64,000 nucleotides of DNA from a virus (taxonomy: Duplodnaviria > Heunggongvirae > Uroviricota > Caudoviricetes), in IMG/VR virus record IMGVR_UViG_3300034106_001169; one strand, given 5' to 3'. Of this stretch, positions 16,301 to 27,300 are shown one piece after another. Each line of letters starts with the position of its first letter. Position 1 is the stretch's first letter. The notes beneath the pieces are model-generated. The model was not told the origin of the DNA. It ran no database searches and saw only the letters and a list, made by a program, of their open reading frames with translations. Both the position numbers and the translations under genes were made by a program.

Positions 16301-18307
16301 ATTTAATAACTTAGCCTGTCTAATAAGGGGCTCAACATTCTCTCTCATTTGTAATTGTCTAATAGACTCATACAATGAGTTTAATAATTCAGCTTTACTT
16401 CTTTTCTCTTCAGGACTAGCTTTCTTAGAAGATATAGTGTCATATATCTTATTAAGCTTTTCAATCAACGTATCTAGTTTCTTATTACTAGTCTTTTCAG
16501 TTTCTAAACCTACAGGTAGTAAGTATGCTAGTTCTTCTTTGTTTAAGTTTACATCTCCTATCTGAACACCTGTCAACTGTGGTAGCACTCCTTCTTTAGG
16601 AATAGCTCCAGAATAAATTGCTCTGATAGGAATCATTCTTGTTTGTTCAAAGTCTTCTGGCTTAACACCATACCCCTTTTCTATAATAGACTTGTATTGT
16701 TTCATTTGTTGTCTCCAAGCACTTACCTTATACCAAGGAACATCTTTATATCTTTGAACATTAAGGTCCATAAACTTCCAGTCTAAAATGCTTACCTTTC
16801 CTTCAGGAGTAACAGCAATAAAGTCTATAGTACCAGCTACATCACGTGATGCATTATATACAGTCATCTCAGCAAGAAACTTTGTATTAGCAGGGAATGT
16901 TTCCAAACGAGCTGCCATGTTTCTTTTAAGAATATTATACATATCCTTGTTCTTAGGATTCAACTGAGATATATATCCATTATCATCAGGTCTTTCATTC
17001 TCAGGTCTCAACGTACCATCTTCATTTAAGAAGTAGTTCTTAAGCATGTGCTCAATGTCAGCATGTCCTGCTGTACCTTTTTCTTTCTTAAGGTCATCTA
17101 CAGCTTGATCATACTCAGACTTAGTCAAGTCTTTGTTAGCAAATCTTGTGCTATACCAATCTTTAACAAAGTCAGTAACTCTTCTTTTGATTCTGTTACC
17201 ATTAATTAAATAACCAGTGTCATCTTTTGTAATCTGATTACTAGTTAATTTTAACTTATCAATTATAAGTTGTTGAGTGTTAACGTTTTGTTGGAAGAAT
17301 ATTCCTTCTTTGTTTCTAATATCATCAGCAGTGCCAATCTCTTCACCAGATAAAACCATCATTGCTGCTTGGTCAAATCCAGATTTAACAAATAATCCTT
17401 TTATAAAGTCAACTATTGTATTCCACCAACCTTCTACCTTAGCTAATAGCTCAGGCTTCTCTGTAGAACCTTCATTCTTTCTAATGATTGTCTCAGCTAA
17501 TATTTTACCAATAGCCTCCACCTTTAACTTTCTGATGTTAGGTTTGCCATCAGCAGTTTGATATTGTTTGTACTTACCATATGTAGCTAGGACATCAGAA
17601 TACATTTTGTATCCATTGATTTCTCCTAGTAATCTATTAAATAACTGAGGATTCTTTTGCTCTAATATTTCTACAACAAAGTGCATAGCTTCTTCTGTAA
17701 GGGCTACATTCTCTTTACCCTCTACTACTTGTACAAGCTTTTGCATAATGTTAGCAACACCATTTACATCTTGCTTAACACCATCCACTTCTATAGCTTG
17801 TAGTGTTTTAATATCTACACCTATTCTATTTAACAAATCTTTAACAAGACTTACAGTTTGAGGAGCTGCTTTAGAAGCAGGTATCTCTCCTGTTTGTAAT
17901 AACACTGTGCTATCTCCATCAGAGTTAACACCAAATGTAGTATCATTCTCAAGATCTAATCTGTTAGCCTCAGGTATTTCAAGATCTAATTCAGCCAAAG
18001 CTTGTTCAAGCTCAGTTGCATCTTTTGCATTTAATGCATCCAACTGCTTAACTGTAGGAGCAATAATTACTCCCACCTTATCTGAATATTGTTTAGGATA
18101 GAATACCTTTCCTAAAGCAATTTCAGAATTGATTGCTTTGTTAAGAGTGTCTGCTACAGAACGAGATACTCCATAGAAGTTGTTAGAATTAACTTTCTCC
18201 TTAGGAGATGTTCTAACTTCTATAAAATCCTTACCATCAAATCTTAAGTAAGGCTTGTTCTGTACATATTTCTCAACTGCAGTTTTTATACCTGTTTGAC
18301 AACTCAT
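13301..18307 (-). CDS. Large virion-associated protein (1668 aa), function unknown; possibly an ejected cargo/internal protein
   Basis: Long uninterrupted ORF directly downstream of the 3655-aa ORF, with a 1-nt stop/start overlap. It has a D6 acidic tract (PDDDDDDKATKN). No catalytic motif recognised. Confidence 0.55.
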   Translation of the reverse strand: MSCQTGIKTAVEKYVQNKPYLRFDGKDFIEVRTSPKEKVNSNNFYGVSRSVADTLNKAINSEIALGKVFYPKQYSDKVGVIIAPTVKQLDALNAKDATELEQALAELDLEIPEANRLDLENDTTFGVNSDGDSTVLLQTGEIPASKAAPQTVSLVKDLLNRIGVDIKTLQAIEVDGVKQDVNGVANIMQKLVQVVEGKENVALTEEAMHFVVEILEQKNPQLFNRLLGEINGYKMYSDVLATYGKYKQYQTADGKPNIRKLKVEAIGKILAETIIRKNEGSTEKPELLAKVEGWWNTIVDFIKGLFVKSGFDQAAMMVLSGEEIGTADDIRNKEGIFFQQNVNTQQLIIDKLKLTSNQITKDDTGYLINGNRIKRRVTDFVKDWYSTRFANKDLTKSEYDQAVDDLKKEKGTAGHADIEHMLKNYFLNEDGTLRPENERPDDNGYISQLNPKNKDMYNILKRNMAARLETFPANTKFLAEMTVYNASRDVAGTIDFIAVTPEGKVSILDWKFMDLNVQRYKDVPWYKVSAWRQQMKQYKSIIEKGYGVKPEDFEQTRMIPIRAIYSGAIPKEGVLPQLTGVQIGDVNLNKEELAYLLPVGLETEKTSNKKLDTLIEKLNKIYDTISSKKASPEEKRSKAELLNSLYESIRQLQMRENVEPLIRQAKLLNADVQRVIDTYNNEWKGKDPGAFTDKQKNDLSDRILSYETSLMVYTSLATDLKSLFKKDLSEKDQALWQDIRDTAESANELEADLEEVRKDFAENVIAKDVNVMDLLKPEKVIKGFSKLFNSTSVIQLKSAEILYKMANRAFGLASIETSEQGNKLLAIKEKYDKWAKSKGLTNKNYFDIIKKKNKNELINEFSSEFYETLKSKIAEKDTQWVRDNIDVSKYNEFLKEQKEKEFKRIEDKPRFGDEESINKEKKREVADVNALYNTSTTDSPGWLLYEFVSKFPKAERWESEAWKELNKPENKPAKEFFDYIKGRNEYLVGIKYINSRDARVFLPFVRKSLTEKIVMGGEYKLGESLLRNITITEGDVGYGEIDPITKEPVYSIPKYFTRETVEEASEDLFRNMTLLNNMAIRYEYLSNIEHQLNVIIKVESNKEAIKTSYFGKTKYRPDGTLETTSDNSDNTKLVRDMMAAIVYGQKYVESENFDQLLGGIANFGKRANKVLGRKIFTEDYDDAQISLNKTITQLNTVFQMKTLGLNPISALSNFLGGSFQSYINAGKFFTKADFVRNEFMMAQKMNGIDSKKYVGALQYFQPLTENYNNILAKQLSVSKFSQEGIQDFLMILMRTGDQYVQSINFFSYLENSIVEDGKVFNVREYLKKQPEFANMFTGTAEERSQLKEKFDTEVKRLIDEKGFLKLARVEGNELVVDGLDRKSDSVIELRRKVQAITKDALGNLSEDDLRKINLNIYGKSFMVFKNWIPRLVDVRFGNLKYNSATEAYEWGRTRNMFRLLTEDFMGSVDSLMSSIKGDDQKFVDQIKRLYESKRSDYEKDTGKELRMTEGEFVELVSSNIRNQMTDFMFYLALSTLIIGAKVAQPDDDDDDKATKNRYKYMLRVMDKIRDEVAYFYNPTSFLSLTTSGIFPAISYLDNFKKLFLNFGTEMYALGVGDEEKAEKTQVIKYLLKGFPIASQVDAVLLMFYPDIAKDLGMKAQSEAKPFGK

Positions 18308-21300
18308 TAGAATTTACATTTAAAGTCTTTAGTACTTAGATCTGTTTCTGTTTCAGGCTGTGAATTTACTTCATTTTCAACAATACCTGTAAAGTATTTT
18401 ATAATCTCTGAATTAGGAATCTCATCAGTCACCTTACCTGTGTTATTATCTAACTCAGAAGGTTTATTAAACTTATAGTATTCAGAAATAAATTGTCCAT
18501 CACCATATAAGTTTACCATCTTGAATACAAACTTTCCTTTATATGTTCTCAATGCTTCACCACTTATAAACTTAACTTTCTGATAACCAAACATTTGTCC
18601 AATTATAGGATCACCCTTAGCTTTTAATTCTGCATATCCTGCTCTTGTAATAGTCTTACCAGTCATGAAGTCAATCATCTCACCATACTTAGTGGTGATG
18701 ATACGTGGAATTGTAATCATATCATAGCCAGCAGCTTTAGATCTTTCACCTACAGATAGTACAAGTTTATCATTCTCACCTATACCAACCTCTGGGATTT
18801 CTACAAAGCCTGTAAACTTGTATTGAGAAACTATTTCATTCTTAAACTCACCAAGTTCTGTTATAGACTCTTCATCAATATAAGGGGCAATAGCAGGAGT
18901 GATATCTGGATTCTTCCAATTGTTTCTTTGGAACCAATTGTTATTAGCAAACTCTTGAACGTTTGTATCTACCACAGCTGTGTTTACAATATCTTTTACT
19001 TCTGTAGAATAGTCTTCAATAGGAACAATGTTCTTAATAGATACAGCAGATTGATAGGTACCTTGTATGATAGCTACTTTGATAAGATCTTTGAATAGTT
19101 GGTTAGTATTTGGATTGTCTCTCAACTCTCTCATCATACCAATATACATGTTCTCATCATAAGCTTCTTTAGTATTAGCTTTAAGCTTAATAGTCTTAGG
19201 GCTGTTTGGTCTTTCTGCAGACACTACAACTAAGTCTTGTAGTATTTGTACATTAGGATATTTTTGTTTATCTTCTTCTAACTTCACTGCTACAGATCCT
19301 GGACCAAAAGATAACTCACTGATATTCAATGCGTTCTTTCTACCTGTTTGAATAATATAATCAAGTAAGCTTGCTGTTGCTTTCTCAGCCACTCTATTAA
19401 ATGTATCCTTAGCCATGTAAAACTTCTCAGCATATTGTTGAATAGTATTCTCAAGCACCCCTCTGAATTCAGGTTGGTTAAACTTAAGGATGGCACCTAG
19501 TGCTGAATTAGATTGATCTAACACAGTCTTTTCTGTACCTAAGAAAGAACTGTCTAACACTTTCTGTGGAGAGCTAATAGCTCCTTTATTTTGTGCACGA
19601 TCAGTCATCATTTCTTTTCTGTAGAAGTCATCAGCATTTCTAAATGTACTGGTATCATAATTGATAGCCTGTGTGAAATTGAAGTTCTCATCAGCTAGGG
19701 TAACATAAGATAAGAATTCATTCAATATCTTGTGTTGTTCAGCATTCTGAGTTTCATTCATTGTATCCTTAGCGTAAGAGGATATGTTATCCTCAAAGTT
19801 ACCTTCAGCAACTGTAGCTGCTTGGATAGCTTTGGTACTTGCAGGGAAGTTTATCTTAGCCTGTTTGATATAATCAGCATTGCTTATTGCATATCTAGGA
19901 GCACCATTAGCATCTAAGTTCTTGATGTGTTCTCTTATAATAGGCTGGTTCATAAACATAGCCACTGTCTTCATAGGAACACCTGCACGCTCTAATAACA
20001 TAAATGTGCCCACAACTCTATTGCTGTAGATAATCTTCATGATGTATGGGTCTTTAGCAATATCTACGAAAGCATTCGCATACATTGATAACTTATCAGA
20101 GATGTATTTTTTATCCTGGTCTAACATACCAGAAAGAGATATATGCTCAAATCCACCATCTTTAAACTTGTTGTGTGATAAAGCCATTTCTGTTTGTGGA
20201 TTCTCAACAAACACATCTGTCTTTTGTGCAAGAGAATTACCTGTAATGTTTACAGCAGCAATACCAATCCATCTCTTACCAGTCAAGAAGGCATGTCTTT
20301 GATTAGTCATGTAGTTTCTATCCAACAATCTATTCTTGATATCACCTTCATCCTCTCCTCTTAATGTATCTAAATTACCAGCAATCTCTTTAAGAGTTGT
20401 ATCTGTATTAGGAGAAGTCAATCTATCAAAGTTATCTGGTAGAGTTAGTAATGTTTCAATAGATCTAAAGTATTCATTCTCAAGAGATTGTTTGTATAGC
20501 TTATCAGCTAATGTACCATAGTCATCAATTCTACTTCCAGATATCTCACTATTGATATCTAACATTGCTTTGATATCTTCCTCAAAGATGAATTTCTTGA
20601 TAGCCTCTTTAGCTTGATCTCCATATCCAAAGAATGGTACAGACTTGATTTCTCCAGAAGGAGTTACGTATATGTTCTTTAAGTATAGATTTAATTTATC
20701 TATGTCAAAGTCAGATCCAGCCTTTGTAGTGATTTCAGAAGGAACTACAATTGTCTTACCCATAAACTCAGGTAAGAAACCTTTGATTCTAAATACCTCT
20801 GCAGAGTTTAATCCCTGTGTTGGAATACGAAATCCTATACCTTTTAATATCTCTGAATCTTTCAATAACTCAATTAGTTCTTCATCAGTCTTTCCAACAA
20901 CACCTGCCTTAACTAATTGATTCTTAAACCATGCAGGAAGATATACCTCCATATATGGATCTTCTCTTGTATAAAACTTAAGAGCAGACTTCTTTAATCC
21001 TTCTCCTCTAGACTCACCAGCTTTCTCCCACATTGTTACAGGAACCTGTACAGCAGGGAAACCATTTACCTTAGGAGATACAATAGACTTGTCTACAATT
21101 GAATACAAGATGCTCTTGATCTGGATGTAGTTTGTTGATGCTTCGAATGGAATATAAAACTCTCCAATTTCTGGATCAATAGATATACTATCAATACCAT
21201 TCTCAGACATTTTTCTCTTAAGCATCTCCTGTCTTAATGTATCAGCTACAACAGTCTTATCTTTAACAACAAAGTTGTCACCTAGATCTTCAATACTAAG

Positions 21301-24300
21301 CTTTCTTAATAACTCTTGATATCCATTAAGTAACATCTCTTTCAACACCTCAGTGTTCTTTTCTACTGCCTTTCTAGCATCTTCATTATTAGCTTTACCA
21401 TCACTGTATAAGTCAACAGTGGCAAGCTTAGTTAACTGAGAACCAAGGGTTTGTTTGCTATCTTTATCATAGCTATTCTCTACTTGAATACCATAAGCAT
21501 CCCAGCCAACATTGATTGTATTGTTAAATGCTTCTTCATTAAAGTTACCATCTTCATTATATAATTTGTGTAACTTCTCAGCTCCCACTTTTCTACCAGA
21601 AACTACTACAGCATAGTCATAACCTTCTTTGAACATTTTCTTATAGAACTTAGCAAGATTGGTTCCTTTTACAGCTTTATAATATAAAGGCATTTGAGAG
21701 AACTTATCTAATACAAGGTCAAAGTTTGCTTTACCAAACTTATTACCAGATACAATAGGTTTTAATTCCTCTATAAAATTCTTAGGCTCAGATTGTTCTA
21801 TTAACGCTTCATCATGTTTACGAAGAGCTTCGCTTCTATATTTGTAGCCAGGAACATTCTGTCTTGTGTAAGCCATTTGCCATTGATGCCAATCTTCAGC
21901 CTCATCAGACCATTGACCATTCTTTAATTTCACTTCTTTAAATGCACCATCCATAATCCAAGAAGCAGCATCTGCTTCATTTGTCTTAGGATAAAAACTA
22001 TCTGTCACTTCTACATCAGCAGCTGTGAATGTCTTAGCAAAGTTTTTATGCTCATGATATCCATAGTCTTCTGATGTTAATTGAACACCAGCCACTGTAT
22101 TGTATTCACTATTGAATAAGTTATTAAACTCATCAGAGTTTACAGTGATTCTTCTTGGAGATAAGAAAGACTTAATACGCTTAGTCTCATCTAATTGATT
22201 GCCTTCAATCTTAAACTGATATGGATCACCAAACAATATCTTGTGGAACTCCACGTTGTTAATCATGTAGTTAGCATTAGCAAACTTGATAACATTATTA
22301 ACATCTTGATCTGCCAAAGCTAACTTATTCAAGCCAGCCTTTTCAGTGAATCTATTCTCTAGCTCAGGCATTATATATTTATCTGCTGCAAATTGAACTG
22401 AAACAGTTAAACTAAAAATAAGTTTATTTGTATCAATTAAGTTTTGTCTAGTCTTGGTAACAGTATCATTTAATGACTTTAGAATACCTGCATCTAAATC
22501 TTCACGATTTGTATTAATAAAAGTATTAATACTTTCTTCTGATGCTCTATTGTCAATAAGCTTTTGTATCTTCTTTAACAAGTTAGCAGGAAGCATATCC
22601 TTTAAGAATCTAAGCTCTGTAGCTTTATCTTCTACGTTTCTAAGCTTAGATCTGTTAGTGCTATCTTGAGCTAACTTAATCTCATCCTTTAAATATCCTA
22701 AGAATGTATCAGTGAATAACTTATCTGCATTACCAGCAGCTACGTCTGTATAGGCAATTGTATTACCTAAGTTCATCATCCACTCTCTAGAACTATCTGC
22801 AGGGATTAATACATAATATCTACCATCTAGGTTTTGGTTCATTTCTGTAATGTACCTATCACCTATGCTTAGAGAAGATGTTGTCTTTCCTTCATTGTCT
22901 ACAACATCCTTAACTCCCTGTATGTATTGTAACTTAATCTCAGCAATTCTATTACCTTCTTCATCAAAGAAGTTACCACCTAGTTTTAACACTTGGCTGT
23001 TTGTAGAGAATACATCATTTAACTGAGGCATGTTCTGCTTCAATTCTTCTAACGTGTCAGAAGAGTTAAATACGTATTCTAATAAAGAAGGATAGTTTGC
23101 ATCTGTGTCAGATTGTATTCTATTACCATCTACACCAAAGTATGTGCTGTCTTCTGCAGGAGAAGCAGCCACTGTATATAACTTAGCCAGCTCATTTAAC
23201 TGTGTACGAATACCAAGCTTTCTACCACCAAAGCTCATCAACTCATCTGTCTTACTAAGACCTATCTTAATACCAGTTACAGCATCACCAAAAGCTTTCT
23301 TGTTCTTCACCTTATTGTACACAGCCATTGGAAACTCTATACCTAACTGTGCTAAGAACTCTATCTTATCTTGTGGAAGCTTAATATTATAATCCTCTTT
23401 CTTAACTTTATATACTTTTCCATTAAAGCTAATGACAGAACCAGGCTGTTCAGCCTTAGTCTTCATGTTCTCTATCCACTCAGATCTTGTTGCAGCAATA
23501 GCAGAAGCTTGATTAGCAGGAGCAGTGTATACATTATTACCATCCATGAACATAGCTAACGCATCAGGTCTTTGTTTTGTAAACACCTGATAGAAGTTAG
23601 TAAACAATCTAATGTCATGAGGTTTGTAAGAATTAAAGTCAATCTTACCAGTGGTTAGGTTACCACCTAAACGTTCAAACAATCTAATATAGTCACTGTT
23701 TTCTTTAGCTAATTCATGTAGCTTAGATACAAACTCAGGGATACTTCTTGTGTTAGAAAGTCTATTCATTAAAGTTGTAAACGCTTGATTAAAAGGTAAC
23801 AGCTTAAGTCCACCAATACTAGATGTATCAGCTTCACGACTCAAACCTTTTGTCTTAATCAAAGTACCAATCAATAATTTAACAGCATATGGAGAAGACT
23901 TCTTGAAATTAACAGTGAACGCTTCAGCAGCATAGTCTTTTCTATTAGCTCCATCATCATTAACTGTAACTCTACTATCTTCATCAAACTCAATTCTGTA
24001 TGTTTTCAAGAACTCTTTAGTTCTTTCAACTAACTTAGCGTATTGATTCTCAGAGATTTGTGTTACAGGGTTGTCACCAATAACATTGTTCTGTATATAT
24101 TTTTCTCTGATTCTATTAAATAAATCAAAAGATGTAATGTCTTCTATATTAAACAAAGAGCTGTTGTTGGCAAATATCTCACCAAACACTCTAGCTGTAA
24201 TGTCTTGTACAAACTCATTAGTTTGCTTAGCATTTATACCTTCAATCTTTCTATACTCAGCAGCTTGATTCTTAACAGTTTCAGGAAGTGTTCTATCTGC

Positions 24301-27300
24301 AAACTCACCTGTATTTATAGCTTTGAATAAGTCTTCTTTCAATGTAGGTTTATTTACAAATGATTTGAAGAAATCCATAATAGCTTTGAAGAAGTTCTTA
24401 ATCTTTTCTGTAAGGTTTCTAGCAGGTAACTTACCAAGTCTAAACTCAGCAAAGTCATCAGCTATTCTTTCCTTAGCTTGTTGATCTGTAGCATCTGCAT
24501 AATCTATTCTTCTACCAGACTCTCTGTCTAAGAAAGAACCTGTTTGAGCTTTGAACTCATCAAGGATAGATTGTTGCTCTCCTTGAGATAAGAAACCTTT
24601 CCAGATACCTTCAAATATCTCATGGTATTCTGTACCTCTCTGAGCTCCTTTAAAAAACTTAGCCACACCATTCTCAAATGCTCCCCATGCCTTCTCTGTG
24701 TTATTAATAGTAATAACATTCTCTAACACTTGATAAGGAATGTTCTTAGCATTCTTAGCATGCCATTCTTTAAACAATGCAAGCTCAGCATCACTTATTC
24801 TATCTACATCTGTTCTACCTATTCTTCTGTATTCAGCATCACCAATGTTGATGTTCTTAGGTTGTTCTGCTTGTTCAGCTTTCTCTTCAACAGGAGCTAC
24901 TTCTACTCTATCTTTAACAAGCTTAGCTGTAATGAACTCAACAGCAAACTTAGCAGCAGTCTCAATAGGTTGGTCTAACTCATCATACTTACCTAGGTCT
25001 TTAAGTTGTTGTGTAGCAACAGCCATTAATTGTGGGTTGTCTACAATCTTCTGAATGTTTGGATTCTCACCAACTAACTCTACAGTGAAGTCACCTTTAC
25101 TATCTGTTGTAACCTTATATGTAACATCACCTACATTAGACTTATATGTCTCCACTCCAGTTTCTGCAGGTTTAACTACAGATTGTTTAGGAAGTTCTAA
25201 GCCATTTAGAATGATATACTTTTGTTTGTGTGTGTAAGGAACAGCCTCTGTAGGTTTAGCCACAGTGGTTGTTAAAGGAGCTATACGTCCAGATCCATCA
25301 GGATTCTTACTTGCTAACAAATAAGATTGATAGTTCTTCCAGTTTCTTTGTGCTAACTTACCAGCAGCATCTACATAGAATTCTATAAAAGGTTCACCTA
25401 GTCCTAAGTTAACTGTGAAGCTATTTACATTATGGAACACTCCTTGTAAATCACTTACAATAGGAATCTCTTGTTTCTCTATATTAGCAAAGTCATATGT
25501 GTTGCTTCCAATGTGCAATATAGATCCCTCTATATAAATACGATTGCCACTTCCTTCGCCTACACCATTTGCTACAGCATCTGCATTGGTATAGAATGTA
25601 ACTCCTTGTAAAAATCTTTTATATATCTCATTAAACTTAACTGGCTTCTTAGCAGCAATTTGTTGCTTAGCTTCATTAGACATAGCTTTGAGTACATTAT
25701 AAACTGCACTTGCTTGGTCTTTAGTTAAGTTAGAATTGTTTAAATATTCTAATGTGTCTTGGTTTTGGAATACAGGTCTGCCATTAGGAAATTTATAAGT
25801 TATACCATCTATATGGTCAATACCTTCTTTAGTCACAACAGTTAAGACTTGTTGTGTAGCAATCTGATTCTCAGGAATAAGAACACCACCTACAGACTTT
25901 TTAACATCATCTGTATTAGCAATACCTCTAGATGGAGTAAAGTTAAATATTGGATACTCTTCTTCAGCAGCCTCTCTTAAGTCTTTACGATATACTTCGT
26001 ATGCAGCTAACTCTAATGCAGCTTGTTCTTCTTGACCAGCTCTGTTTCTAGGTTCACCTTTACTATTGTCTAGTTTAGCAGCAGGCATACCTGTAAACAC
26101 CACCTTGTTTAATTCCACTTGCTCACCCACCTTACCAATAGGATTGCCATTCTTATCTACAAATTGTCTTTCTCCTTTCTTGTCTTCTACAAATACAAGA
26201 CCAATGAAACCATAAATAGGATCATTCAATAAAGCTGTATCAAAGTTACCTTCTCTAAAAGATAGTTCACCAAGACCAGCTAATCCCAATGCAGCTTCTT
26301 GTTTCTGAGTGACAACAATAGCTTTGATATTCTTCTTATTCTTAAAGGTCTTTACCTTGTTTATAAACTCATTGTAACGTGTAATGTTAGGAGCTAATGT
26401 TTTCTCCCAGTCAACAGAGGCAGACGTAGAAGAGGTAAACAATATACCTGCATCTTTCTTAGGAGTCTCCTTAGGACTAGGTGTATTCATTAAGTCTTCA
26501 TCATTGTTGCCTGTTGGGACAACTCCAGATGTAGCAGCAATATCAGTTTGTGCAGACTTAATCTTATCTGCTACAGCATTCATCTTCTCTCTATTAGCTT
26601 GAAGATCAGCTTGTTCTTTCAAATATGTTTCTGAAAGTGTATTGAACTCAGTCTCAACAGCATCAATTAATTGTGCATTGTCTAAAGAGTTAATATACGC
26701 TAACTTATCCTCTCCCTCAGGAAGTGTAACACCTGCAAACTCAGGAGTGGATAATACATTATCAATAGCAGCATCCATGATGTCTTTCAACTCTGGTGAC
26801 TCTGCACCTTCATCAGCTAAGTCTATTGTTGCAAAATCTTCAGGAGTTAAGAAACGCACATCACCTCTAGGTAACTGCACTTCATATTCACCACCCAATG
26901 TTTGAGATAACACCTTAATCTTAGGAGCTAATGTAAGTGTATTGTCTTGCTTTCTAACAGGTTGTTTTAAGAAGTACTCTTTACCAACCTCTAGTTTTCT
27001 TTCTGTTTGTATAGGAAAGAACTGTCCTTCTGATGTTACGTCTTCTTCTTCTTCTATCACTGTTACAGGCACTTCTCCTGCAGCACCAAACTCTACATCA
27101 GGCTTAAACTGAAAGTCTGTAGGTTTAGATTTGATAGCATCATATTCATCAATGAATAACTTTCTACGTAAACCCAATTCAATGATGTCAGACAATGCTG
27201 TCTTCAAGTCATCCTTAGTCTCAGAAGTTACATCCATCTCATTGATTTGTTTCAATGATTCTTGTACAGCTTCTTTATTAGGTTTGTTTTCTTTGATGAT